The notes beneath the pieces are model-generated. The model saw only the letters and a program-made list of their open reading frames with translations, was not told where the DNA came from and did no database searches. From Escherichia coli (GTDB lineage: Bacteria > Pseudomonadota > Gammaproteobacteria > Enterobacterales > Enterobacteriaceae), in NCBI RefSeq assembly GCF_001677475.2, contig NZ_CP015229.1: a stretch of 64,000 nucleotides of DNA. One strand, given 5' to 3'. Made by a program: the position numbers and the translations under genes. The first letter of the stretch is position 1; each line of letters starts with the position of its first letter. This document shows positions 1 to 9,534 of the stretch, piece after piece.

Positions 1-1434
1 AACTACCGTGAAAAATCCGTGGATGTGGTCTGCTATGACGAACTTTCCTCGTTCGAACCGGATGTTGAAAAAGAGGGTTCGCCAACCCTGCTGGGGGATA
101 AACGTATTGAGGGCTCTGTATGGCCAAAATCCATTCGCGGCTCGACGCCTAAAATCAAAGGCTCCTGCCAGATCGAAAAAGCCGCTAACGAGTCGGCACA
201 TTTCATGCGTTTTTATGTGCCCTGTCCGCACTGTGGGGGGGAGCAGTATCTGAAATTTGGCGATGATGCCTCGCCTTTCGGTCTTAAGTGGGAGAAGAAT
301 AAGCCAGAAAGTGTTTTCTACCTTTGTGAGCATCATGGCTGTGTGATCCATCAGTCTGAGCTTGACCAGAGTAACGGGCGGTGGATCTGTGAAAACACGG
401 GCATGTGGACCCGTGACGGCCTGATGTTTTTCAGCGCCCGGGGTGATGAAATTCCGCCGCCGCGCTCCATCACTTTCCATATCTGGACGGCGTACAGTCC
501 GTTCACCACCTGGGTACAGATTGTCTATGACTGGCTGGATGCACTGAAAGATCCCAACGGCCTGAAAACCTTTGTGAACACCACGCTGGGCGAGACCTAC
601 GAAGAGGCCGTGGGCGAAAAACTCGATCACCAGGTACTGATGGATAAGGTTGTGCGTTACACGGCGGCGGTGCCTGCCCGGGTGGTTTATCTGACGGCCG
701 GCATTGACTCGCAGCGAAACCGTTTTGAGATGTATGTCTGGGGATGGGCTCCGGGAGAGGAAGCCTTTCTGGTGGATAAAATCATCATTATGGGGCGTCC
801 CGATGAGGAAGAGACGCTGTTACGTGTGGATGCGGCGATCAACAAAAAATACCGCCATGCAGACGGAACCGAAATGACCATTTCCCGTGTCTGCTGGGAC
901 ATCGGGGGGATCGATGGCGAAATCGTTTATCAGAGGTCAAAAAAACACGGTGTTTTCCGGGTGCTGCCGGTAAAAGGCGCATCTGTCTATGGCAAGCCGG
1001 TGATCACCATGCCAAAAACCCGCAATCAGCGGGGCGTGTATCTGTGTGAAGTGGGGACGGACACCGCAAAAGAAATTCTCTATGCCCGTATGAGAGCCGA
1101 TCCCACGCCTGCGGATGAAGCCACGTCGTATGCCATCCGTTTTCCTGATGATCCGGAGATTTTTTCGCAGACAGAGGCGCAGCAACTGGTGGCGGAAGAG
1201 CTTGTGGAGAAGTGGGAAAAAGGAAAGATGCGTCTGCTGTGGGATAACAAAAAGCGGCGTAACGAAGCGCTGGACTGCCTGGTGTATGCCTACGCGGCAT
1301 TACGTGTGTCCGTGCAACGTTGGCAGCTTGATCTGGCTGTACTGGCAAAATCCCGGGAAGAAGAGACGACCCGGCCAACCCTTAAAGAACTGGCAGCGAA
1401 GCTGTCCGGAGGAGTGAATGGTTACAGTCGCTGA
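1..1434 (+). CDS. Phage terminase large subunit (lambda gpA-like); 5' end lies outside the window
   Basis: ORF 19..1434 is in frame from position 1; translation is collinear with the lambda gpA C-terminal nuclease/ATPase region; followed by W, B, C, D, E in lambda order. Confidence 0.9.
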   Translation, partial: NYREKSVDVVCYDELSSFEPDVEKEGSPTLLGDKRIEGSVWPKSIRGSTPKIKGSCQIEKAANESAHFMRFYVPCPHCGGEQYLKFGDDASPFGLKWEKNKPESVFYLCEHHGCVIHQSELDQSNGRWICENTGMWTRDGLMFFSARGDEIPPPRSITFHIWTAYSPFTTWVQIVYDWLDALKDPNGLKTFVNTTLGETYEEAVGEKLDHQVLMDKVVRYTAAVPARVVYLTAGIDSQRNRFEMYVWGWAPGEEAFLVDKIIIMGRPDEEETLLRVDAAINKKYRHADGTEMTISRVCWDIGGIDGEIVYQRSKKHGVFRVLPVKGASVYGKPVITMPKTRNQRGVYLCEVGTDTAKEILYARMRADPTPADEATSYAIRFPDDPEIFSQTEAQQLVAEELVEKWEKGKMRLLWDNKKRRNEALDCLVYAYAALRVSVQRWQLDLAVLAKSREEETTRPTLKELAAKLSGGVNGYSR

Positions 1435-1624
1435 ACTGCAGGCGCTGCGTCAGGCGCGCCTTGATTTATTAACCGGTAAACGGGTGGTGTCTGTCCAGAA
1501 AGATGGTCGCAGAATTGAATATACGGCGGCTTCTCTGGATGAGCTTAACCGGGCGATCAATGATGCGGAGTCGGTACTGGGGACAACCCGACGTCGCCGT
1601 CGTCCGCTGGGAGTGAGGTTATGA
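1418..1624 (+). CDS. Head-tail joining protein (lambda gpW-like)
   Basis: 68 aa, same length and position as lambda W; conserved TGKRV..VQKDGRR motif; overlaps the end of the terminase gene. Confidence 0.85.
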   Translation: MVTVAELQALRQARLDLLTGKRVVSVQKDGRRIEYTAASLDELNRAINDAESVLGTTRRRRRPLGVRL

Positions 1625-3213
1625 AACGAACGCCTGTCCTGATTGATGTGAACGGTGTTCCGCTTCGTGAGAGTCTCAGCTACAACGGGGGCGGCGCAGG
1701 ATTTGGCGGGCAAATGGCGGAGTGGTTGCCACCGGCGCAGAGTGCCGATGCGGCCCTGCTGCCCGCGTTGCGTCTGGGGAATGCCCGGGCAGATGATCTG
1801 GTGCGCAATAACGGAATAGCGGCTAATGCGGTTGCCCTGCATAAGGATCACATTGTCGGGCATATGTTTCTGATCAGCTACCGTCCGAACTGGCGCTGGC
1901 TGGGGATGCGGGAGACCGCAGCAAAAAGCTTTGTCGATGAGGTGGAGGCGTCCTGGTCGGAATACGCCGAAGGGATGTTTGGCGAGATCGACGTGGAAGG
2001 AAAACGCACGTTCACGGAATTTATCCGTGAAGGTGTGGGCGTTCATGCGTTTAACGGCGAAATCTTTGTGCAGCCGGTCTGGGATACGGAAACCACGCAG
2101 TTATTCCGTACGCGTTTTAAAGCTGTGAGTCCGAAACGGGTGGACACGCCTGGACACGGTATGGGGAACCGTTTTCTGCGGGCCGGTGTGGAGGTCGATC
2201 GATATGGCCGTGCCGTCGCGTACCATATCTGTGAGGATGATTTTCCGTTCTCTGGTAGTGGACGATGGGAACGGATCCCGCGTGAACTTCCCACCGGGCG
2301 TCCGGCCATGCTGCATATTTTCGAGCCGGTGGAGGACGGGCAGACCCGTGGGGCTAATCAGTTTTACAGCGTCATGGAACGGCTGAAGATGCTCGATTCC
2401 CTGCAGGCAACACAGCTTCAGTCGGCCATAGTGAAGGCGATGTATGCAGCGACGATTGAAAGTGAACTTGATACCGAAAAGGCCTTTGAATATATCGCCG
2501 GCGCGCCACAGGAGCAGAAGGATAATCCGCTTATTAATATTCTGGAGAAGTTCTCCAGCTGGTATGACACGAATAACGTGACACTGGGCGGAGTCAAAAT
2601 TCCGCACCTTTTCCCTGGTGATGATCTGAAACTACAGACTGCGCAGGATTCAGACAATGGATTTTCTGCACTTGAACAGGCGCTGCTGCGGTATATCGCC
2701 GCCGGTCTTGGCGTTTCCTACGAACAGTTGTCCCGTGATTACTCGAAGGTCAGTTACTCAAGTGCCCGCGCCTCCGCCAATGAGTCGTGGCGCTATTTTA
2801 TGGGGCGGCGAAAATTTATTGCGGCCCGGCTGGCCACGCAGATGTTTTCCTGCTGGCTGGAAGAGGCACTTCTTCGGGGGATTATTCGTCCGCCACGGGC
2901 ACGTTTTGATTTTTATCAGGCGCGATCAGCCTGGTCACGGGCAGAGTGGATTGGTGCCGGAAGAATGGCCATTGACGGGCTCAAGGAAGTCCAGGAATCA
3001 GTGATGCGCATTGAGGCCGGACTGAGCACGTATGAGAAAGAGCTGGCGCTAATGGGCGAGGATTATCAGGACATTTTCCGCCAGCAGGTCAGGGAATCTG
3101 CAGAGCGGCAAAAAGCCGGACTCTCACGTCCGGTGTGGATATCGCAGGCGTATCAGCAGCAGATAGCGGAGAGTCGCAGGCCGGAAGAGGAGACAACACC
3201 ACGTGAGACGTAA
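1621..3213 (+). CDS. Portal protein (lambda gpB-like)
   Basis: 530 aa ORF, ATGA overlap with the preceding gene, lambda B position and size. Confidence 0.9.
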   Translation: MKRTPVLIDVNGVPLRESLSYNGGGAGFGGQMAEWLPPAQSADAALLPALRLGNARADDLVRNNGIAANAVALHKDHIVGHMFLISYRPNWRWLGMRETAAKSFVDEVEASWSEYAEGMFGEIDVEGKRTFTEFIREGVGVHAFNGEIFVQPVWDTETTQLFRTRFKAVSPKRVDTPGHGMGNRFLRAGVEVDRYGRAVAYHICEDDFPFSGSGRWERIPRELPTGRPAMLHIFEPVEDGQTRGANQFYSVMERLKMLDSLQATQLQSAIVKAMYAATIESELDTEKAFEYIAGAPQEQKDNPLINILEKFSSWYDTNNVTLGGVKIPHLFPGDDLKLQTAQDSDNGFSALEQALLRYIAAGLGVSYEQLSRDYSKVSYSSARASANESWRYFMGRRKFIAARLATQMFSCWLEEALLRGIIRPPRARFDFYQARSAWSRAEWIGAGRMAIDGLKEVQESVMRIEAGLSTYEKELALMGEDYQDIFRQQVRESAERQKAGLSRPVWISQAYQQQIAESRRPEEETTPRET

Positions 3214-4708
3214 TCTTTCACACATTATTGCCGCAGCATTCAATGAACCGCTGCTTCTGGAGCCCGCCTATGCGCGGGTTTTCTTTTGCGCGCTCGGGCG
3301 CGAGATGGGGGCAGCAAGTCTTTCGGTACCACAACAACAGGTACAGCTTGATGCTCCCGGAATGCTGGCTGAAACGGACGAGTATATGGCCGGAGGTAAA
3401 CGACCGGCCCGTGTTTACCGGGTGGTGAACGGTATTGCTGTACTGCCGGTGACCGGCACGCTGGTGCACCGGCTGGGTGGTATGCGGCCATTTTCCGGAA
3501 TGACAGGCTATGACGGCATTGTCGCCTGTCTTCAGCAGGCAATGGCGGATAGCCAGGTGCGGGGCGTACTGCTGGACATTGACAGTCCGGGCGGGCAGGC
3601 CGCCGGCGCGTTTGACTGCGCTGACATGATTTACCGCCTCCGTCAGCAGAAGCCGGTCTGGGCACTGTGCAATGACACGGCCTGTTCTGCAGCCATGCTG
3701 CTGGCGTCGGCCTGCTCCCGACGGCTGGTTACCCAGACATCCCGTATCGGCTCCATTGGCGTGATGATGAGCCATGTCAGCTATGCCGGTCATCTGGCGC
3801 AGGCCGGTGTGGATATCACGCTGATTTACTCAGGGGCGCACAAGGTGGATGGCAATCAGTTTGAAGCGTTGCCGGCAGAGGTTCGCCAGGACATGCAGCA
3901 GCGGATTGATGCGGCGCGCCGGATGTTTGCCGAAAAAGTGGCGATGTATACCGGTCTGTCTGTTGATGCCATCACGGGAACAGAGGCTGCCGTTTTTGAA
4001 GGTCAGTCCGGCATTGAGGCCGGGCTGGCGGATGAATTAATCAATGCGTCGGATGCCATCAGTGTGATGGCCACGGCGCTGAACAGTAATGTCAGAGGAG
4101 GCACTATGCCGCAATTAACTGCAACGGAAGCCGCCGCGCAGGAGAACCAGCGAGTGATGGGGAGCCTGACATGCCAGGAAGCGAAAGGACGTGAACAGCT
4201 TGCCACGATGCTGGCAGGACAACAGGGCATGAGCGTTGAACAGGCCCGGGCGATTCTGGCCGCGGCGGCACCGCAGCAGCCGGTGGCATCCACGCAGAGT
4301 GAAGCCGATCGCATTATGGCGTGTGAAGAAGCGAACGGTCGTGAACAACTGGCGGCAACGCTGGCGGCGATGCCGGAGATGACGGTGGAAAAAGCCCGCC
4401 CGATCCTGGCTGCTTCACCGCAGGCGGATGCCGGACCATCACTCCGTGATCAGATCATGGCACTGGATGAGGCAAAAGGGGCTGAGGCGCAGGCTGAACA
4501 GCTGGCTGCCTGCCCGGGAATGACAGTGGAGAGCGCCCGGGCTGTGCTGGCTGCGGGATCAGGTAAGGCAGAACCGGTCTCTGCATCCACAACCGCCATG
4601 TTTGAACATTTCATGGCGAACCATTCACCGGCAGCGGTACAGGGTGGCGTGGCACAGACGTCAGCAGACGGTGATGCGGACGTGAAAATGCTCATGGCCA
4701 TGCCATGA
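3203..4708 (+). CDS. Capsid assembly protease C with nested scaffold (Nu3-like) C-terminal region; S49/ClpP-like peptidase
   Basis: 501 aa; N-terminal half has S49 protease-like motifs (DSPGG, SAA), C-terminal half is Ala/Gln-rich scaffold-like with three tandem repeats. Confidence 0.85.
   Translation: MRRNLSHIIAAAFNEPLLLEPAYARVFFCALGREMGAASLSVPQQQVQLDAPGMLAETDEYMAGGKRPARVYRVVNGIAVLPVTGTLVHRLGGMRPFSGMTGYDGIVACLQQAMADSQVRGVLLDIDSPGGQAAGAFDCADMIYRLRQQKPVWALCNDTACSAAMLLASACSRRLVTQTSRIGSIGVMMSHVSYAGHLAQAGVDITLIYSGAHKVDGNQFEALPAEVRQDMQQRIDAARRMFAEKVAMYTGLSVDAITGTEAAVFEGQSGIEAGLADELINASDAISVMATALNSNVRGGTMPQLTATEAAAQENQRVMGSLTCQEAKGREQLATMLAGQQGMSVEQARAILAAAAPQQPVASTQSEADRIMACEEANGREQLAATLAAMPEMTVEKARPILAASPQADAGPSLRDQIMALDEAKGAEAQAEQLAACPGMTVESARAVLAAGSGKAEPVSASTTAMFEHFMANHSPAAVQGGVAQTSADGDADVKMLMAMP
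4165..4555. repeat. Three tandem ~40-45 codon in-frame repeats inside the C/Nu3 scaffold region
   Basis: Repeated peptide unit (QEAKGREQLATMLA...VEQARAILAA / EEANGREQLAATLA...VEKARPILAA / DEAKGAEAQAEQLA...VESARAVLAA) read in the ORF translation. Confidence 0.5.
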
Positions 4709-4744
4709 AGTCAGTGCTGACCATCAATAGGAGGTTTTTACAAT

Positions 4745-5092
4745 ATGGTGACGAAAACCATCACTGAACAGCGTGCGGAAGTACGTATTTTTGCCGGTAA
4801 TGATCCGGCTCATACCGCCACAGGCAGCAGCGGGATTTCTCAGGCAACACCGGCACTGACGCCCCTGATGCTGGATGAGTCTACCGGGAAACTGGTGGTC
4901 TGGGACGGACAGAAAGCCGGTAGTGCGGCTGGCATACTGGTACTGCCGCTTGAAGGCACAGAGACGGTGCTGACGTATTACAAGTCGGGAACCTTTGCGA
5001 CGGAGGCAATCCACTGGCCTGAAAGTGTGGATGAACACAAAAAGGCCAACGCCTTTGCCGGCAGTGCCCTGAGTCACGCGGCGCTGCCGTAA
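4745..5092 (+). CDS. Head decoration protein (lambda gpD-like)
   Basis: 115 aa; conserved DPAHTAT, TPLMLD, WDG and YKSGTF motifs of lambda D. Confidence 0.9.
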   Translation: MVTKTITEQRAEVRIFAGNDPAHTATGSSGISQATPALTPLMLDESTGKLVVWDGQKAGSAAGILVLPLEGTETVLTYYKSGTFATEAIHWPESVDEHKKANAFAGSALSHAALP

Positions 5093-5149
5093 CACGTTAT
5101 CAGGCCACCGCGGTGGCCTGACTGATTTCTGAATGAAAGGAACTGATTT

Positions 5150-6178
5150 ATGGGATTGTTTACGACCCGCCAGTTGCTCGGTTATACCGAACAAAAAGTG
5201 AAATATCGTGCGCTGTTTCTGGAGCTGTTTTTCCGCCGTACGGTGAATTTCCATACCGAAGAGGTGATGCTGGACAAAATTACCGGAAAAACGCCGGTGG
5301 CGGCCTATGTCTCCCCGGTTGTTGAAGGAAAAGTGCTGCGTCATCGTGGTGGTGAAACCCGCGTGTTGCGTCCGGGCTACGTCAAGCCGAAACACGAATT
5401 TAATTACCAGCAGGCGGTTGAGCGCCTTCCTGGTGAAGATCCATCTCAACTGAACGATCCGGCTTACCGCCGTCTGCGTATCATTACCGATAACCTCAAA
5501 CAGGAAGAGCACGCGATTGTCCAGGTGGAAGAAATGCAGGCGGTAAATGCTGTGTTGTATGGCAAATACACCATGGAAGGAGACCAGTTCGAGAAAATTG
5601 AGGTCGATTTTGGCAGGTCGACGAAGAATAACATCACACAGGGTAGCGGTAAGGAATGGTCAAAACAGGATCGTGACACGTTCGATCCTACACATGATAT
5701 TGATCTTTACTGCGACCAGGCCAGCGGTCTTGTGAATATTGCCATCATGGACGGTACCGTTTGGCGTCTGCTGAATGGTTTTAAGCTGTTTCGCGAAAAA
5801 CTGGATACCCGTCGCGGTTCAAATTCACAACTCGAAACGGCAGTGAAAGATCTGGGCGCAGTGGTGTCCTTCAAGGGGTATTACGGCGATCTGGCTATTG
5901 TTGTGGCGAAAACGTCTTATATAGCAGAAGACGGTATCGAAAAACGTTATCTTCCAGATGGCATGCTGGTCCTGGGGAATACTGCTGCAGATGGGATCCG
6001 TTGTTACGGAGCCATTCAGGATGCGCAGGCGTTGTCCGAAGGTGTGGTGGCTTCTTCCCGTTATCCGAAACACTGGCTGACGGTGGGGGATCCTGCCCGT
6101 GAATTTACCATGACGCAGTCCGCACCGCTGATGGTGTTGCCGGACCCGGATGAGTTTGTGGTGGTACAGGTGAAATAA
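5150..6178 (+). CDS. Major capsid protein (lambda gpE-like)
   Basis: 342 aa; long collinear identity blocks with lambda E (PGYVKPKHE, AIVQVEEMQAV, KLDTRRGSNS, TGDPAREFTM). Confidence 0.95.
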   Translation: MGLFTTRQLLGYTEQKVKYRALFLELFFRRTVNFHTEEVMLDKITGKTPVAAYVSPVVEGKVLRHRGGETRVLRPGYVKPKHEFNYQQAVERLPGEDPSQLNDPAYRRLRIITDNLKQEEHAIVQVEEMQAVNAVLYGKYTMEGDQFEKIEVDFGRSTKNNITQGSGKEWSKQDRDTFDPTHDIDLYCDQASGLVNIAIMDGTVWRLLNGFKLFREKLDTRRGSNSQLETAVKDLGAVVSFKGYYGDLAIVVAKTSYIAEDGIEKRYLPDGMLVLGNTAADGIRCYGAIQDAQALSEGVVASSRYPKHWLTVGDPAREFTMTQSAPLMVLPDPDEFVVVQVK

Positions 6179-6185
6179 TCCGTGA

Positions 6186-6216
6186 GCGGGGGCGAAATGC
6201 CCCCGTGTCTTTTTTC
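6186..6216 (+). terminator. GC hairpin plus T-run directly after the major capsid gene
   Basis: gcgggggc-gaaat-gcccccg stem-loop followed by tgtctttttt. Confidence 0.5.
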
Positions 6217-6229
6217 ACAGGGGGCTGAT

Positions 6230-6604
6230 ATGGCAACGAAAGAGCAAAATCTGAAACGGCTTGATGAACTGGCCCTGATTCTGGGGCGTGAGCCGGATAT
6301 ATCCGGGAGTGCCGCAGAGATAGCGCAGCGGGTGGCGGAATGGGAAGAGGAAATGCAGTCATCCGGCGATGATGTACAGGTTATGAATATGGATATCCGG
6401 GAGCAGGAAACCGCGGCTCATGATGTTCGTGAGGAAACATCCGGCGCGTTAACGCGCATCAGAGTTCTGACCTGCCTCCATCTCTGTGGCATTGATGGTG
6501 AAACGGGGGAATCCGTTGAGCTTGCGGATGTTGGTCGGGTGATTCTGATTATGTCCTCAGATGCAAAAACACACGTTGATGGCGGAATGGCTGTTTATGC
6601 GTGA
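6230..6604 (+). CDS. DNA packaging protein FI-like
   Basis: Position between E and FII; acidic ~124 aa product; start chosen at the ATG at 6230 inside ORF 6182..6604. Confidence 0.65.
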   Translation: MATKEQNLKRLDELALILGREPDISGSAAEIAQRVAEWEEEMQSSGDDVQVMNMDIREQETAAHDVREETSGALTRIRVLTCLHLCGIDGETGESVELADVGRVILIMSSDAKTHVDGGMAVYA

Positions 6605-6950
6605 TTTTCAGAATGCCTTTGATGCCGCCCTTGCCGGGGTGGACAGTACGATTGTTGAAGTGATGGGCATCAGTGCGCAGTTCACCTCCGGTGCACAGCG
6701 TGGCGGCGAGGTTCATGGCGTTTTTGACGATCCGGAGTCGCTGGGTTTTGCCAGTAGTGGGATCCGTATTGAAGGAAGCAACCCGTCATTATTTGTGCTT
6801 ACGGATACGGTTTGTGCTGTACGGCGTGGTGACACGCTGACCATTAACGGCGAGATATTCTGGGTGGATCGTGTTTCTCCGGATGACGGAGGGAGTTGTT
6901 ATCTCTGGCTCAACCGGGGGCAACCACCTGCCGTTAACCGTCGCCGCTGA
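6597..6950 (+). CDS. Head-tail connector FII-like
   Basis: 117 aa from the internal ATG; C-terminus FWVDRVSPDDGGSC.LWL.RG.PPAVNRRR matches lambda FII. Confidence 0.85.
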   Translation: MRDFQNAFDAALAGVDSTIVEVMGISAQFTSGAQRGGEVHGVFDDPESLGFASSGIRIEGSNPSLFVLTDTVCAVRRGDTLTINGEIFWVDRVSPDDGGSCYLWLNRGQPPAVNRRR

Positions 6951-6961
6951 AAGGGGGATGT

Positions 6962-7540
6962 ATGGCCATAAAAGGTCTTGAGCAGGCCGTTGAAAACCTC
7001 AGCCGTATCAGCAAAACGGCGGTGCCTGGTGCCGCCGCAATGGCCATTAACCGCGTTGCTTCATCCGCGATATCGCAGTCGGCGTCACAGGTTGCCCGTG
7101 AGACAAAGGTACGCCGGAAACTGGTAAAGGAAAGGGCCAGGCTGAAAAGGGCCACGGTCAAAAATCCGCAGGCCAGAATCAAGGTTAACCGGGGGGATTT
7201 GCCCGTAATCAAGCTGGGTAACGCGCGGATTGTCCTGCCCCGACGCAGGCGTCGTAAAAAGGGGCAGCGTTCAGCCCTGAAAGGTGGCGGCAGCGTGCTT
7301 GTGGTGGGAAACCGTCGTATTCCCGGCGCGTTTATTCAGCAACTGAAAAATGGCCGCTGGCATGTTATGCAGCGTGTGGCCGGGAAAAACCGTTACCCCA
7401 TTGATGTAGTGAAAATCCCGATGGCGGTGCCGCTGACCACGGCGTTTAAACAAAATATTGAGCGGATACGGCGTGAACGTCTTCCGAAAGAGCTGGGCTA
7501 TGCGCTGCAGCATCAACTGAGGATGGTAATAAAGCGATGA
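6962..7540 (+). CDS. Minor tail protein Z-like
   Basis: 192 aa, lambda Z size and position. Confidence 0.85.
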   Translation: MAIKGLEQAVENLSRISKTAVPGAAAMAINRVASSAISQSASQVARETKVRRKLVKERARLKRATVKNPQARIKVNRGDLPVIKLGNARIVLPRRRRRKKGQRSALKGGGSVLVVGNRRIPGAFIQQLKNGRWHVMQRVAGKNRYPIDVVKIPMAVPLTTAFKQNIERIRRERLPKELGYALQHQLRMVIKR

Positions 7541-7932
7541 AACATACTGAACTCCGTGCAGCCGTACTGGATGCACTGGAGAAGCATGACACCGGGGCGA
7601 CGTTTTTTGATGGTCGCCCCGCTGTTTTTGATGAGGCGGATTTTCCGGCAGTTGCCGTTTATCTCACCGGCGCTGAATACACGGGCGAAGAGCTGGACAG
7701 CGATACCTGGCAGGCGGAGCTGCATATCGAAGTTTTCCTGCCTGCTCAGGTGCCGGATTCAGAGCTGGATGCGTGGATGGAGTCCCGGATTTATCCGGTG
7801 ATGAGTGATATCCCGGCACTGTCAGATTTGATCACCAGTATGGTGGCCAGCGGCTATGACTACCGGCGCGACGATGATGTGGGCCTGTGGAGTTCAGCCG
7901 ATCTGACTTATGTCATTACCTATGAAATGTGA
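7537..7932 (+). CDS. Tail terminator protein U-like
   Basis: 131 aa, lambda U size and position, ATGA overlap with Z. Confidence 0.9.
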   Translation: MKHTELRAAVLDALEKHDTGATFFDGRPAVFDEADFPAVAVYLTGAEYTGEELDSDTWQAELHIEVFLPAQVPDSELDAWMESRIYPVMSDIPALSDLITSMVASGYDYRRDDDVGLWSSADLTYVITYEM

Positions 7933-7939
7933 GGACGCT

Positions 7940-8680
7940 ATGCCTGTACCAAATCCTACAATGCCGGTGAAAGGTGCCGGGACCACCCTGTGGGTTTATA
8001 AGGGGAGCGGTGACCCTTATGCGAATCCGCTTTCAGACGTTGACTGGTCGCGTCTGGCAAAAGTTAAAGACCTGACGCCCGGCGAACTGACCGCTGAGTC
8101 CTATGACGACAGCTATCTCGATGATGAAGATGCAGACTGGACTGCGACCGGGCAGGGGCAGAAATCCGCCGGAGATACCAGCTTCACGCTGGCGTGGATG
8201 CCCGGAGAGCAGGGGCAGCAGGCGCTGCTGGCGTGGTTTAATGAAGGTGATACCCGTGCCTATAAAATCCGCTTCCCGAACGGCACGGTCGATGTGTTCC
8301 GTGGCTGGGTGAGCAGTATCGGTAAGGCGGTGACGGCGAAGGAAGTGATCCCCCGTACGGTGAAGGTCACCAATGTGGGCCGTCCGTCAATGGCAGAAGA
8401 TCGCAGTACGGTAACAGCGGCAACCGGTATGACTGTGACGCCTGCCAGCTCCTCGGTGGTGAAAGGGCAGAGCACCACGCTGACCGTGGCATTCCAGCCG
8501 GAGGGCGCAACTGACAAGAGCTTCCGTGCGGTGTCAGCGGATAAAACAAAAGCCACCGTGTCGGTCAGTGGTATGACCATCACCGTGAAAGGCGTTGCTG
8601 CAGGCAAGGTCAACATTCCGGTTGTATCCGGTAATGGTGAACTTGCTGCGGTTGCAGAAATCACTGTCACCGACAGTTAA
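7940..8680 (+). CDS. Major tail tube protein V-like with C-terminal Ig-like domain
   Basis: 246 aa from the internal ATG; lambda V size; C-terminal Big_2-like segment. Confidence 0.9.
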   Translation: MPVPNPTMPVKGAGTTLWVYKGSGDPYANPLSDVDWSRLAKVKDLTPGELTAESYDDSYLDDEDADWTATGQGQKSAGDTSFTLAWMPGEQGQQALLAWFNEGDTRAYKIRFPNGTVDVFRGWVSSIGKAVTAKEVIPRTVKVTNVGRPSMAEDRSTVTAATGMTVTPASSSVVKGQSTTLTVAFQPEGATDKSFRAVSADKTKATVSVSGMTITVKGVAAGKVNIPVVSGNGELAAVAEITVTDS

Positions 8681-8695
8681 TCCGGAGAGTCAGCG

Positions 8696-9118
8696 ATGTT
8701 CCTGAAAACCGAATCATTTGAACATAACGGCGTGACCGTCACGCTTTCTGAACTGTCAGCCCTGCAGCGTATTGAGCATCTCGCCCTGATGAAACGGCAG
8801 GCAGAACAGGCGGAGTCAGACAGCAACCGGCAGGTTACTGTGGAAGACGTCATCAGAACCGGTGCTTGTGTGGTGGCGATGTCCCTGTGGCATAACCATC
8901 CGAAGAAGACGCAGATGCCGTCCATGAATGAAGCCGTTAAACAGATTGAGCAGGAAGTGCTTACCACCTGGCCCACAGAGGCAATTTCTCATGCTGAAAA
9001 CGTGGTGTACCGGCTGTCCGGAATGTATGAGTTTGTGGTGAATGATGCCCCTGACCAGGCAGAGGACGCCGGGCCTGCAGAGCCTGTTTCTGCGGGAAAG
9101 TGTTCGACGGTGAGCTGA
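8696..9118 (+). CDS. Tail assembly chaperone G-like
   Basis: 140 aa; ends just after the slippery heptamer; followed by the -1 frame T ORF. Confidence 0.85.
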   Translation: MFLKTESFEHNGVTVTLSELSALQRIEHLALMKRQAEQAESDSNRQVTVEDVIRTGACVVAMSLWHNHPKKTQMPSMNEAVKQIEQEVLTTWPTEAISHAENVVYRLSGMYEFVVNDAPDQAEDAGPAEPVSAGKCSTVS

Positions 9119-9534
9119 GTTTTGCCCTGAAACTGGCGCGCGAGATGGGGCGACCCGACTGGCGTGCCATGCTTGCCGGGATGTCATCCACGGAGTATGC
9201 CGACTGGCACCGCTTTTACAGTACCCATTATTTTCATGATGTTCTGCTGGATATGCACTTTTCCGGGCTGACGTACACCGTACTCAGCCTGTTTTTCAGC
9301 GATCCGGATATGCATCCGCTGGATTTCAGTCTGCTGAACCGGCGCGAGGCTGACGAAGAGCCTGAAGATGATGTGCTGATGCAGAAAGCGGCAGGGCTTG
9401 CCGGAGGTGTCCGCTTTGGCCCGGACGGGAATGAAGTTATCCCTACTTCCCCGGATGTGGCGGACATGACGGAGGATGACGTAATGCTGATGACAGTATC
9501 AGAAGGGATCGCAGGAGGAGTCCGGTATGGCTGA
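8696..9534 (+). CDS. G-T fusion tail assembly chaperone produced by programmed -1 frameshift
   Basis: ORF 9100..9534 is in the -1 frame relative to G and overlaps its 3' end; slippery G GGA AAG at 9094-9100. Confidence 0.7.
9094..9100 (+). promoter_or_regulatory. Programmed -1 ribosomal frameshift slippery heptamer GGGAAAG (G/G-T)
   Basis: Heptamer sits in the G zero frame as G|GGA|AAG, 18 nt before the G stop; same signal as lambda G/GT. Confidence 0.7.
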
